A DNA stretch of 64,000 nucleotides from an uncultured delta proteobacterium (lineage in GTDB: Bacteria > Desulfobacterota > Binatia > Binatales > Binataceae), in contig CAWFGH010000011.1 in the NCBI GenBank assembly GCA_963815255.1, positions 1,002-65,001 of the forward strand, read 5' to 3'. Position 1 is the first letter of the stretch; each line of letters starts with the position of its first letter. Both the position numbers and the translations under genes were made by a program. The notes under the pieces were generated by a model that saw nothing but the letters and a program-made list of their open reading frames with translations, made no database searches and was not told where the DNA came from. Shown piece by piece: positions 25,939-35,385 of this stretch.

Positions 25939-27375
25939 ATGTTCGCCGGCGAACTACAAAGACAGAAGGCACTGTTCGCGGCGTGTGACGGGCTCGCGTT
26001 GCTCGTCACATTCGCGGCGGCGCTGATGCTGCACGATCCCTCGCACGCGATGGAGGGGCGCCTGTTGCAGAACAACCCGGCGCTTCTATGCCTCATCGTG
26101 TTTGCCGTCGTTCTACTTTGGATCATCGTGTTCCGCGCCTGCGATCTCTACCGGATGCGTAACGGCGGCTGGCAGGAATCCGCCAGCATCGTGCGCGGAT
26201 GCTCGTATGCTGCGCTGCTCACGGTGCTGGTCGGATTCCTGGTGCATGCCGAGGTTTCGCGGCTCACCGTGATGCTAGGCTACCTGTTCAGCGTCCCGGC
26301 CGTCGCGCTCGAACGGATGGCGACGCGGCGGGCCATCCGGCGCTTTTACGCCAATCCCAAGAATGCGATCCCGCTGCTGCTGATTGGATGCAACCGGTTC
26401 GCGCGCTACCTGTGCGACCGAGTTCTCGACGAGATGACGCCGTACGAGATGGTCGGCTTCGTCGACGACGATTGTGACATGCGCCAATATCGCGGGTGCC
26501 CGGTGTTCGGTTCTACGGAGCGCATCGCCGAAATCGCCGCGCTCTACCCCTCGCTCGAGGCCGCTATCGTAATGCCCGACGCCCCGCGCGAGCAGCACGA
26601 ACGGATGATCGGGCTGTGCGAGCAACAGCGCTTGCGCTGGTGGCTGATGCCGTGGGTATCTGAGTGGCCCAACGGCGGTCTGCGGGTCGAGATGTTCGGC
26701 GTGGTGCCGCTCATCAGTCCACGCGGCTCGAACATCGAGGGTCTGAACTTCGCGCTGAAGCGCGCGTTCGACGTGACGGTGGGGATGTTGCTCCTGATCG
26801 CCGCCGCCCCCGTTCTCGCGGCGAGCGCGTTCGCGATCCGGCTCTTCGACGGCGGCCCGATCCTGTTCCGCCAAACGCGTATCGGGATGCGCGGCCGGCC
26901 ATTCAGCATGCTCAAGCTGCGCACGATGCGATCGGCCGCCGACGATTCGTCGCATCGCGACTACGTCCGCGAGTGGATTGGCCAGGGCGAGTCCGCGGCC
27001 CAAAACGGCTCCGGCGGCGAGCGCGTGTTCAAGCTCGCCAACGACCAGCGCGTGACTCAGGCCGGTCACTGGCTCCGCCGCTTCAGCATCGATGAACTGC
27101 CGCAGCTCATCAATGTGATTCGCGGCGAAATGAGCCTCATCGGCCCGCGCCCCGCCCTGCCCTACGAGCTCGAGCTTTACCAGCCGTGGCATCTGCGCCG
27201 CCTGCAAGCGGCGCCGGGAATAACCGGCCTGTGGCAGGTGAGCGGCCGCAACCATCTCTCGTTCGACGAGATGGTCCGGCTCGATGTGCAGTATCTCCAG
27301 AGCTGGTCGTTCTCCGGCGACCTGCGGATCCTGGCCAGAACGGTCCCTGCGATGCTTCGAGGAGGAGGGGTATAG
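25939..27375 (+). CDS. Exopolysaccharide priming polyprenyl glycosylphosphotransferase (bacterial sugar transferase, WbaP/EpsB-type)
   Basis: Multiple N-terminal TMs and a central CoA-binding-like domain. LKRAFDVTVGMLLLIAAAPVL...GPILFRQTRIG..GRPFSMLKLRTM...DELPQLINVIRGEMSLIGPRP...PGITGLWQVSGR. Confidence 0.9.
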   Translation: MFAGELQRQKALFAACDGLALLVTFAAALMLHDPSHAMEGRLLQNNPALLCLIVFAVVLLWIIVFRACDLYRMRNGGWQESASIVRGCSYAALLTVLVGFLVHAEVSRLTVMLGYLFSVPAVALERMATRRAIRRFYANPKNAIPLLLIGCNRFARYLCDRVLDEMTPYEMVGFVDDDCDMRQYRGCPVFGSTERIAEIAALYPSLEAAIVMPDAPREQHERMIGLCEQQRLRWWLMPWVSEWPNGGLRVEMFGVVPLISPRGSNIEGLNFALKRAFDVTVGMLLLIAAAPVLAASAFAIRLFDGGPILFRQTRIGMRGRPFSMLKLRTMRSAADDSSHRDYVREWIGQGESAAQNGSGGERVFKLANDQRVTQAGHWLRRFSIDELPQLINVIRGEMSLIGPRPALPYELELYQPWHLRRLQAAPGITGLWQVSGRNHLSFDEMVRLDVQYLQSWSFSGDLRILARTVPAMLRGGGV

Positions 27376-27380
27376 GCGGG

Positions 27381-28895
27381 GTGGCAGTTTCGCAAACCAT
27401 TGAGCCGAAAGGCTCCGGGACGCGCCACTCGATGTGGCAGGCGGTCGCACGCAGCGTGCGCGACAACGTGATTGCCGAGTTCGTCGTTCAGGGCGTGCGC
27501 CTGGGCGGCTTCGTGCTGCTGGCGCGCGCGCTCGGCCCGGATCAATTCGGAATCTTCAGAGTGCTGCTCGTGGTCAGCGTCTTCGCGACTCTGACCAATG
27601 ATGCGGGCATTCCGGACGCGCTGGTCCAGCGCAAGGAAATAACTGCCGCCCATGAAGCCACCGCGTGGTGGCTGAGCATGCTCGCGGCGCTCGGCGCCAC
27701 GGTCGTTTTGTACGTAACGGCGCCCTCGATCGCAAGGGCGATGGACATGCCCGGGCTGGCTGCCGGCGCGCGGCTCCTCTGCCTGCCGATTCTGCTCGAC
27801 GCCACGACCGTGGTCCCGAGCGCGCGTTTGCGCCGCAGGCTCAACTTCACCGCGCTTGCGGCAGCGGATGTCCTGGCGGAGATGGCCTTTGTCGTGGTCG
27901 CGCTGGCGCTGGTGCTCTGGCGCGGGATGCCGGCGCTGAGCCTGCCGGGAGGTCTTGCGGCGCGCTATACCGTACATGCGATTGCGATCTGGGCTGCCGA
28001 TCCGCACTTGCCGAGCGGACGGCCGACCAGGCAAGCCGCGCGTGACTTTTCCCGTTTTTCGGCCGCCGCCTGGGGCAGCCGGATTATCTACGTGCTTTCC
28101 TCGAACACCGACTACCTGCTGGTGGGACGGCTACTCGGCAGTTCGGCGCTGGGCTTCTATGGGATGGCGTGGGACCTGCTGCGCTTCGTGCCCGACCGCC
28201 TGCATCGCGTCGCCGGGCGCGTGACGTTTCCGGCGTTCTGCCAACTGCAGGATGACCGCGAAGCGCTCGCCCGTGCCTACCTCGACTTCTTCGACTACAT
28301 CGCGCGTGTCGTGCTGCCGATAGCGGCCTGCGCGGCGATTGCGGCGCCGGAAATCCTGAGCACCATCTATGGCCCGCAGTGGATACCCTCCGCGCTGCCG
28401 ATGAGGCTGCTCGCGCCGGGCCTCGCGCTCTGCGGCTTGCGGCTCGGAATCGGCTCGATGTACTACAGCAATAATCGTCCGGCGCTCGATATGTATCTCC
28501 ATGGGATACGCCTCACGTTGCTGGTGATCGCGGTGCTGAGTTTCTCGCGATGGGGACTGTTCGGCGTCAGCCTGGGAATGAGCGCGGTCGAGGCCGTCGT
28601 CAGCGTATTAGGTCAGGCGCTCGCGTGCGCGCTGATCGGGCTCAGCCTGCGCGACCTGGTCAGATCCGGAATCCCGGCATTGCGTCTGGCCGCGCTCTGC
28701 GCGCTCGCGACCGTGGCCGGAAAAACGGCCGCGATTCTCGCTGGGGAGAGTGGCGCGATCGTTTTGGTTGCCGCGGCCGCGCCGCCGGCTCTGATCTATC
28801 TGTGGATGGAGCGCTCGAACGCGATGGACCTCATCGGCAGGGCGTTTGTGCCTGCCCCGGAGCCGCAGACCAAGGCCTCGGAAGCCCAGGCGTAA
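27381..28895 (+). CDS. Wzx-type oligosaccharide flippase (MOP superfamily polysaccharide biosynthesis protein)
   Basis: About 12-14 TM profile. ...VQGVRLGGFVLLARALGPDQFGIFRVLLVVSVFATLTNDAGIPDALVQRKE... Start is GTG 27381 after GGAGGAGGGG (alternative ATG 27432). The N-terminal extension of ORF 27186.. overlaps the previous gene and was rejected. Confidence 0.8.
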   Translation: MAVSQTIEPKGSGTRHSMWQAVARSVRDNVIAEFVVQGVRLGGFVLLARALGPDQFGIFRVLLVVSVFATLTNDAGIPDALVQRKEITAAHEATAWWLSMLAALGATVVLYVTAPSIARAMDMPGLAAGARLLCLPILLDATTVVPSARLRRRLNFTALAAADVLAEMAFVVVALALVLWRGMPALSLPGGLAARYTVHAIAIWAADPHLPSGRPTRQAARDFSRFSAAAWGSRIIYVLSSNTDYLLVGRLLGSSALGFYGMAWDLLRFVPDRLHRVAGRVTFPAFCQLQDDREALARAYLDFFDYIARVVLPIAACAAIAAPEILSTIYGPQWIPSALPMRLLAPGLALCGLRLGIGSMYYSNNRPALDMYLHGIRLTLLVIAVLSFSRWGLFGVSLGMSAVEAVVSVLGQALACALIGLSLRDLVRSGIPALRLAALCALATVAGKTAAILAGESGAIVLVAAAAPPALIYLWMERSNAMDLIGRAFVPAPEPQTKASEAQA

Positions 28896-28921
28896 CTTTC
28901 GGATTCCGACGGTTACTACGC

Positions 28922-29779
28922 ATGAAACACTATATCGCCATAACGCCAGCGCGCGACGAGGAGCGGCTTCTCCCGCGGCTGCTGGTGGCGATGGTCGCGC
29001 AGACGCGCCGGCCCGGCCGCTGGATCGTGATCGATGACGGCTCGACCGATCGCACCGGCGAGATTCTCGATCGCGCCGCGCAGTACCATCCCTGGATCCA
29101 GCCGCAGCATCTGCCGCGCAACGGCACACGCGCGCCGGGTGGCGAATCGGTGATCATGCGCTTTCTGCCACGAGACACGTGGGAGGGCTACGACGCTGTC
29201 CTGCGCCTCGACGCCGATCTGACTTTCAAGCCGCAGTTCGCGGAGTTGCTGCTGGCCGAATTGGAAAAGGACCCGCGCCTCGGGATCGCCGGCCCCACGC
29301 TTTACGAGCCGGGTGGCACGCGCTGGCACGAAGTGCCGGCACCGTCGTTCCACACCCGCGGCGCCGCCAAGTTGTACTCCAGCGCGTGCTTCGCCGCGAT
29401 CGGCGGGCTCGAGGCCGGCCTCGGCTGGGACACGATCGACGAAGTGCGGGCGATGATGCTTGGCTTCGGCACTCGCAACTTCCGGCACATCCGCGCCTAT
29501 CATCATCGCCCGCAGGGCGCCGCCGGCGGCCTGTGGCGAGGCCGCAAAGCTGCCGGCCGAGCCGCCTACAATGTTGGCTATTCGCCCGTGTTCCTGATGG
29601 CGCGCGCGCTGCGGCTCGGGCTCAAGTGGCCGCCGGTGGTGGGCGGCCTCGGGCTTGCGGCCGGCTACCTCGAAGCCGCGGTGCGGCGCTCTCCGCGGCC
29701 GGTCTCGCCCGCGCTGGTCAGATTCGTTCGCCGTCAACAGCTACGCAGACTTCTTTTGATGGAGTCGGTATGGCGCTGA
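28922..29779 (+). CDS. Family-2 glycosyltransferase
   Basis: MKHYIAITPARDEERLLPRLLVAMVAQTRRPGRWIVIDDGSTDRTGEIL...LRLDADL is the GT-A fold with DxD-type motifs. Confidence 0.8.
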   Translation: MKHYIAITPARDEERLLPRLLVAMVAQTRRPGRWIVIDDGSTDRTGEILDRAAQYHPWIQPQHLPRNGTRAPGGESVIMRFLPRDTWEGYDAVLRLDADLTFKPQFAELLLAELEKDPRLGIAGPTLYEPGGTRWHEVPAPSFHTRGAAKLYSSACFAAIGGLEAGLGWDTIDEVRAMMLGFGTRNFRHIRAYHHRPQGAAGGLWRGRKAAGRAAYNVGYSPVFLMARALRLGLKWPPVVGGLGLAAGYLEAAVRRSPRPVSPALVRFVRRQQLRRLLLMESVWR

Positions 29780-30990
29780 GTCTCAAAGTTGCGATCGATC
29801 ACGCGGCGCTCCAGCACGGTGATCGTCGGGTCGAAGCACCCGGGCGCAACGACGCGTTCAGTTTCTGGAAGCTGCCCGAGCAGTGGGCCGCGGCGCTGGA
29901 GTCGACGATAGGGCCGTCGGAGGCCGCCGCGGAACGGCTGCTGCTGGAGCAATACCTGCCCGAGATCGATCGTCATCCGCCCTCCGCGATGCGCGCGTAC
30001 TACTACGTCAAACGGCTGATTCCGCAAGGCCTGCGCCATCGCCTCAATTCGGTGGCAATCCGCGCGCGCACGCCGCTGGAGTTTCCACGCTGGCCTTGCG
30101 AGAGCGCGCTGGTTGAATTCCGGCGTGCCTGGCTGAAGCACGGTCTGGAAATACACGGCGCTTCTGATGCCTGGCACATCGGCTTTTGGCCGGAGGACGC
30201 GAGGTGCTGCATCGTGCTCACCCATGACGTGGAAAGCCCGAAGGGCTTCGATCGGATGGAGGTGATCGCCGACCTCGAAGAGCAACACGGCTTTCGCTCG
30301 GCCTGGAACCTGCCGTTGGCCCAATATCCGATCGATTGGCAGCGCGTGGAGCGGCTGCGCGCGCGCGGCTTCGAATTCGGCGCCCATGGGCTGTGTCACG
30401 ACGGCCGCCTGTTCCGCAGCCATCGCGACTTCGCCGAGCTCGCGCCGCTGCTGGAGCGGCTCGCCGGCGAACACGATCTCCGCGGCTTCCGATCCCCGTC
30501 GACGCTGCGCGATCCGCGTGCGATCGCCACCATGTCTTTCGATTTCGATTCCAGTTTCGCCGACACGGATCCCTACGAACCGCAGCCCGGCGGAACCTGC
30601 AGCCTGTTTCCGTTTCATCTCTCGCGTCTGATCGAATTGCCCTACACGCTGCCGCAGGACCATACCCTGATTCATCTGCTCCGCCGGAGCCCGCTGCCGG
30701 TATGGACGATGAAGGCAAAATGGATTGCCTCGATTGGTGGAATGATCCTCACGCTCACGCATCCCGACTATTGTGGCGAGGGCGTCTATCTCCAGGCATA
30801 CGCGGAACTGCTCAAACAGCTCGCCGAGATCAACTCGGCCTGGCGCGCGCTACCGTTCGAGGTGGCCGGATGGTGGCGGCAGCGGGCGCAGCTGCGGCTG
30901 CACGTCGAAAACGGCCGGCCGATCATATCCGGTCCCGGAGCCGCGCGTGCGAGCGCGCTGCGGCTTAGCGAACAACCTTTGGCGAATTAG
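29770..30990 (+). CDS. Polysaccharide deacetylase-family protein (NodB-homology, PEP-CTERM-locus type)
   Basis: ...CCIVLTHDVESPKGF...FGAHGLCHDGRLF...RGFRSPS...LTLTHPDY. GGAG RBS before ATG 29770. Confidence 0.7.
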   Translation: MALSLKVAIDHAALQHGDRRVEAPGRNDAFSFWKLPEQWAAALESTIGPSEAAAERLLLEQYLPEIDRHPPSAMRAYYYVKRLIPQGLRHRLNSVAIRARTPLEFPRWPCESALVEFRRAWLKHGLEIHGASDAWHIGFWPEDARCCIVLTHDVESPKGFDRMEVIADLEEQHGFRSAWNLPLAQYPIDWQRVERLRARGFEFGAHGLCHDGRLFRSHRDFAELAPLLERLAGEHDLRGFRSPSTLRDPRAIATMSFDFDSSFADTDPYEPQPGGTCSLFPFHLSRLIELPYTLPQDHTLIHLLRRSPLPVWTMKAKWIASIGGMILTLTHPDYCGEGVYLQAYAELLKQLAEINSAWRALPFEVAGWWRQRAQLRLHVENGRPIISGPGAARASALRLSEQPLAN

Positions 30991-30999
30991 GAGCTCGTC

Positions 31000-32202
31000 G
31001 TGGCCCGTATTCTGCTCATAGCTTATACCACCTACGTCCACGACGGGCGCGTCAAGCGCCATGCCGAGGCGCTGGCCGAACGCGGCGATCATATCGACGT
31101 GATTTGTCTCGACAGCGGCCACAACGGCCTGATCGACGGCGTCAACGTCATCGGACTCAAGATGCCGCGCTATCGCGGGGCCAGCCGCTCGAGTTACGTC
31201 CGCAGCTATCTGAAATTTTTCGCCCGGGCCTCGTGGGCCGCTCTGCGACGCAGTCTGGTGGAGCGCTACGACGTCGTGATCGTTTGCACGATGCCCGACG
31301 CGGCAGTGTTGTGCGCGCTTCCGGCCAAGCTGCTCGGCAGCCGGGTCGTACTCGATATCCATGATACGATGCCAGAGCTGTACCAGGACAAGTTCGGCGG
31401 CCGGCGCGGCGCGATCGGCGCGAGGCTCCTGATGCTGGAGGAGCGCTCCAGCGCAAGCTGCGCCGACCGAGTGCTCGCGGTACACGCGCTTCATCGCGCG
31501 CGCTTGATCCAGGCGGGGGTTCCGGAGCACAAGATTAGTACGGTGATGAACGCTCCAGACCCGTCGGTCTTTAGTGCGATGCCGGAGGGGCGAGATCGCC
31601 CCGACGGCGTTTTCACCCTGGCTTGTCACGGCACCCTGACGCGCCGGCTCGGACTGGATGTCGCGATTGAAGCGGTGGCCCTGGTCCGCCCGCGAATACC
31701 CGGCCTGCGGCTGATGGTGATCGGGACCGGCGACTATATCAATGAGGCCAGGCAGCTCGTTGTACGCAAACAGCTTGAAGAATGCGTAAACTTTATCGAT
31801 CAGGTACCTATCGAAGAATTGCCTCGGTTGCTGGCCGAAGCCGATGTCGGCCTAGTACCAAACCGGGCGAGCAACGCGACCCATCTTATGCTTCCGGTCA
31901 AGCTGCTCGACTACATGGCGCTGGGCATCCCGACCATCGCGTCGCGCCTGCGCACGATCGAGCACTACTTCGGCGACCGCGCCGTGAGATTTGTCGAACC
32001 AGGTAATGTCCTCGAGATGGCGGCGGCGATCGAAGAGCTCTATCGCGACCCCGCCCGCCGCGCCGAGTTGGCGCGCAATGCTCGACGCGCGGCGGAGCGA
32101 ATCGGCTGGCCGGCTCAACGGGCGGAGTACTACCGCACGATTGATTCGCTCCTGAAAAAGCCGTCGTCGGAGGCGCGCTACGACCCGGAGCGGGCAGCGT
32201 GA
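31000..32202 (+). CDS. Family-4 (GT-B fold) glycosyltransferase
   Basis: RILLIAYTTYVHDGRVKRHAEALAERGDHIDVICL...GTLTRRLGLDVAIEAV...LMVIGTGDY...FIDQVPIEELPRLLAEADVGLVPN...PVKLLDYMALGIPTIAS (E-x7-E-like region). Confidence 0.85.
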   Translation: MARILLIAYTTYVHDGRVKRHAEALAERGDHIDVICLDSGHNGLIDGVNVIGLKMPRYRGASRSSYVRSYLKFFARASWAALRRSLVERYDVVIVCTMPDAAVLCALPAKLLGSRVVLDIHDTMPELYQDKFGGRRGAIGARLLMLEERSSASCADRVLAVHALHRARLIQAGVPEHKISTVMNAPDPSVFSAMPEGRDRPDGVFTLACHGTLTRRLGLDVAIEAVALVRPRIPGLRLMVIGTGDYINEARQLVVRKQLEECVNFIDQVPIEELPRLLAEADVGLVPNRASNATHLMLPVKLLDYMALGIPTIASRLRTIEHYFGDRAVRFVEPGNVLEMAAAIEELYRDPARRAELARNARRAAERIGWPAQRAEYYRTIDSLLKKPSSEARYDPERAA

Positions 32203-32234
32203 GGCAAAGCGAACACAATAAGGGAGAAAACCGA

Positions 32235-33038
32235 GTGGAGCACGGGGAGACGCTGATTGTTGGCCTGGGCGAAGTGGGCGCGGCGCTGGCGGAGGTGATC
32301 GAGCGCCGACAGCCTGTGCTGCGTCACGATATTGAACCGCGCGAGTTCGACGCGCCGATCGGCGTGATGCACATCTGTATTCCGTTTCAATCAAGCGCGC
32401 CGTTCGAGGACGCCGTGTGCGGCTATATCGAACGCTTCGATCCGGCGCTGACGATCGTCAACAGCACGGTGATGCCCGGAACGACGAGCGCGATCGCGCG
32501 GCGCACGGGCAAACCCGTCGCGTACAGTCCCGTGCGCGGCAAGCATGTGCGAATGGCGCAGGACCTGCTGCATTATGTCAAGTACGTGGCGGCGGCGGAG
32601 CCCGAGACCGCCGCGCTCGCGGAGGCTCATTTCGAGCGGGCTGGAATGAAAACCCGGCGGATGGACAAGCCCGAGACGCTGGAGCTGGCCAAGCTTGCGG
32701 AGACGACCTATTTCGGCGTGCAGATCGCTTTTGCCCAGGATCTCGATCGCTACGCCCGCCGCGTGGGCGCCGACTACGAACAGGCGATCAACTTTTTCGA
32801 GGAGGTCGATTTCCTGCCGCGGCCTCGCTATTTCCCGGGAGTCATCGGCGGCCACTGTGTTCTCCCGAACATCCAATTGCTGCGTAAGCTCGCCGGCTCG
32901 CCACTGCTCGACGCGATCCTCGAGTCAAATTCGCGGCGCGCTCGCGAACTGGAGCCGCCCAAGAGCGAGCCGCGCAAGCGCAAATCAGTCAGGCGCGAAA
33001 CTAACAAGCGTGACGGCGATTTGCTTTCTCATCGATAG
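32235..33038 (+). CDS. UDP-glucose/GDP-mannose-dehydrogenase-family-like protein lacking the C-terminal UDP-binding domain
   Basis: LIVGLGEVGAALAEVI (Rossmann), IVNSTVMPGTT, LAKLAETTYFGVQIAFAQDLDRYARRVGADYEQAINFF (central helical domain) and GVIGGHCVLPN (catalytic Cys motif). It ends about 35 aa later. Start is GTG 32235 (GGGAG RBS) or GTG 32199. Confidence 0.6.
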   Translation: MEHGETLIVGLGEVGAALAEVIERRQPVLRHDIEPREFDAPIGVMHICIPFQSSAPFEDAVCGYIERFDPALTIVNSTVMPGTTSAIARRTGKPVAYSPVRGKHVRMAQDLLHYVKYVAAAEPETAALAEAHFERAGMKTRRMDKPETLELAKLAETTYFGVQIAFAQDLDRYARRVGADYEQAINFFEEVDFLPRPRYFPGVIGGHCVLPNIQLLRKLAGSPLLDAILESNSRRARELEPPKSEPRKRKSVRRETNKRDGDLLSHR

Positions 33039-33159
33039 CGTTGCGCCGAGCGCGGGTCCCGCAGTCTATTGTTGAAAGTCGAGACGGAAGAAACAGATTC
33101 CCGCCGCGACTAGCGAGGGGTACATGGGCGGCAGATGCCCTGGCGCTCAACCAGCTTGA

Positions 33160-34008
33160 TCAGGATTGCGCGGCCCGGGACTCGACACTTTCGAGATCTC
33201 TGTTGCTGGAACCGACGCGCGGACTCCGTCGGCGGTAGCGCTTGACAACGTTCTCTAACAGCGCCTGCGCCGTTCGTCCAACCCACGGGATGCCCGCGCA
33301 GAGGTAGGTATGTTCTTTAACGACGTCTCCTCCGAATGACATTTTGAATTGGGTTATCCCGTCGGCCTTGTCTTCCTTGATCCCGCCAAGATCATAAGCG
33401 CTAAATCTTTCTTCCCGGTAGGCACATATCTCGTGCCAGTGGAGAAAGCGATTCAGCGTGCCGCTCAAGCGCGCGGTTTCGCGATCGTCGAAGCGGCGGC
33501 TGGCGGAGTATAATAACCGCGCCCGGCCGATCTCGACGTCACGAAGCAACACGTGGCCGCATACCGGATTTCCGTCCAGATATGCCATGAAGATATCGGC
33601 GTGAGCTTCATAGCGGCGGAGCATGCTGTGATTGATGGCCGCCACCTCCGGCTTCGAGCGGACGAAATCGTTGAAGAGCGCGAGAAATTTATCGGTCAGC
33701 TCGGGACCATTGCGCTCGATGCGGATCCGATCGCCAAGTTTCTCGGCCTGCCGAATCTCATAGCGAGTGTTCTTGGCAACCCCCTTCGAGAGCGTCTCAA
33801 GCGTGCCGCTCAGATCTATACATACAGTGGCGGTTTTCTCGTGCCGCACCACGCGGTTCGCATTCCGCAGCTCGGTCGCCGTCCAAAACAGTCTCGCCAT
33901 CTGAGTCGGCTTCGTCCGCTCAGTCAGTTCGGTAAGCGTCTCGTCCGTGGGAAAGAACACCGCCCTGTACGGCACGATTCCTCCCAGGTTACGATCGATA
34001 ATTACCAT
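33160..34008 (-). CDS. FemAB-like / GNAT-fold (Acetyltransf_6) acyl/aminoacyl-transferase of the PEP-CTERM-locus type
   Basis: ...GVAKNTRYEIRQAEKLGDRIRIER...FLALFNDFVRSK...IFMAYLDGNPVCGHVLLRD..GRARLLYSAS...RFLHWHEICAYREERFSAYDLGGI. Confidence 0.6.
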   Translation of the reverse strand: MVIIDRNLGGIVPYRAVFFPTDETLTELTERTKPTQMARLFWTATELRNANRVVRHEKTATVCIDLSGTLETLSKGVAKNTRYEIRQAEKLGDRIRIERNGPELTDKFLALFNDFVRSKPEVAAINHSMLRRYEAHADIFMAYLDGNPVCGHVLLRDVEIGRARLLYSASRRFDDRETARLSGTLNRFLHWHEICAYREERFSAYDLGGIKEDKADGITQFKMSFGGDVVKEHTYLCAGIPWVGRTAQALLENVVKRYRRRSPRVGSSNRDLESVESRAAQS

Positions 34009-34263
34009 TGAATTGACTCACCAAGCCCTCGAATCGATTTGCGCAGTAGAGGATTTCAGACTGTAAGTGGTTATCAGCAACACAGCAGGACGCGGCTCCG
34101 CCCACGTCGTTCGTACTAGGAAGCAAACCTGATGCCAAAAGAAGCTTTGTTAGACCCGAGAGACTAGCGTGGCGTCTCAACGGCTTTGGCAATTCCCAGT
34201 GCCAACTTTTCGGTAAATCGTTCCGGGCTCGGAAACAGTTGCCGCAACCGCGGCAATTGTTGC

Positions 34264-35022
34264 TCAGTCCGGCTCGCCTCGCGGCCCGGGTTTGGCGCCT
34301 GAGAGCACCGCGAAGATCAGGTTACGATAGGTACAGGCGACCTCGACGAATCCGGCCTCGCGCATCCAGGCGAGCTGCTGACCCACCGTCGCCGGCAGGT
34401 CCTGTTTCATCCGCTCGAGCGCCGCATTGAGGTCGCGCTCGCCTGCTTTCAGCTCGCGTGCGCGCTTGATCCACAGGTCGTGCGAGCGCCGATCGATAGC
34501 CGCGGTCTCGCCCGCAACCTGATCGGCATTGATAAAGACGCCGCCGGGAGTCAGATACTTGAAGATGTCGGAGAACAAGTGACGTTTGCCGCTGTCGGGC
34601 AGATGATGGATCGCCAGCGCCGAGACCACGGCGTCGTAAGACTTCGCGGATGCGGCCGCGGCGGCGAAATCTGCGGTCACGAAGCGCACGCGTCTGCCCG
34701 CCGGCTTCAGGCGCTGGCGCGCGATCGCCAGCATCTCCGGGGTGAGATCGAACAAGGTGAGCTGCGCCTTGGGAAACATCTCCGCGATCATCGCGGACAG
34801 CAGGCCGGTGCCGGCGCCCAGATCAAGCACCTCGAAGCGGGCATCGAGCGCAAACGGCAACAACTCGAGCGCCATGCGATAGAAGTCATCGAAGCATGGA
34901 ACCAGCTTGCGCCGCGCACGGTCATACGTGTCGGCGCCGGCTGCGAACGCCTTGCGAACGGCCTGGGCCATCCCGTGAGCGTACCGATTGATCTCGCCTT
35001 GAGCGAGCCTTGAAGCTATCAT
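34264..35022 (-). CDS. Class I SAM-dependent methyltransferase
   Basis: VLDLGAGTGLLSAMIAEMFP (motif I), VRFVTADF, YDAVVSALAIHHL, LTPGGVFINAD. Confidence 0.9.
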   Translation of the reverse strand: MIASRLAQGEINRYAHGMAQAVRKAFAAGADTYDRARRKLVPCFDDFYRMALELLPFALDARFEVLDLGAGTGLLSAMIAEMFPKAQLTLFDLTPEMLAIARQRLKPAGRRVRFVTADFAAAAASAKSYDAVVSALAIHHLPDSGKRHLFSDIFKYLTPGGVFINADQVAGETAAIDRRSHDLWIKRARELKAGERDLNAALERMKQDLPATVGQQLAWMREAGFVEVACTYRNLIFAVLSGAKPGPRGEPD

Positions 35023-35109
35023 TTGAGACTGTGTGAGATCGTCGCGCGCCGGCTATGAAAGGATGCTTGCTCTATTCGGTAGGACGTCTCGATCCATCGA
35101 GGTTTTAAG

Positions 35110-35334
35110 TTGAACGAACCGTGGCAAGAAGCAGAGGCTAACCGGTTGTTGCGCGCCGCGCTCGCCGAAATCGACGCGCTGGGGGAAGAGCTCTCGCCCG
35201 CGCGCGCGGAGGCGCTCCTCGATGAATTCGAGCAGGCCGTTGGACGCGCCTTCCTGCGCCACGATCTCTCCGCCGTAAGAGTTACCTGCGAAGAATACGA
35301 GCGGCGGTTTCGCGCGCTTTCCGAAGATGAGTAA
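35110..35334 (+). CDS. Hypothetical small helical protein
   Basis: 74-aa ORF with a TTG start and coding-like composition. No recognisable family. Confidence 0.3.
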   Translation: MNEPWQEAEANRLLRAALAEIDALGEELSPARAEALLDEFEQAVGRAFLRHDLSAVRVTCEEYERRFRALSEDE

Positions 35335-35385
35335 GGTGAAGATGAGTGACTATCTCTCCGACCACCCGGCAAAAGCGGAGGCAGC

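Noticed and set aside
27186-29769. Long N-terminal extensions of the ORF-track entries 27186-28895, 28550-29779 and 29179-30990.
   Set aside because: The extensions overlap the preceding genes in another frame and are Arg/Gly/Pro-rich. Internal starts with Shine-Dalgarno sequences (27381, 28922, 29770) give proteins that begin where family homology begins.
22357-31629. Large antisense ORFs within the EPS locus: 22357-23397, 26275-27450, 28916-29737, 29734-30762 and 30850-31629, all on the minus strand.
   Set aside because: Each is fully overlapped by a plus-strand gene with clear family motifs. The antisense products are Arg/Ala/Pro-rich with no recognisable domains.
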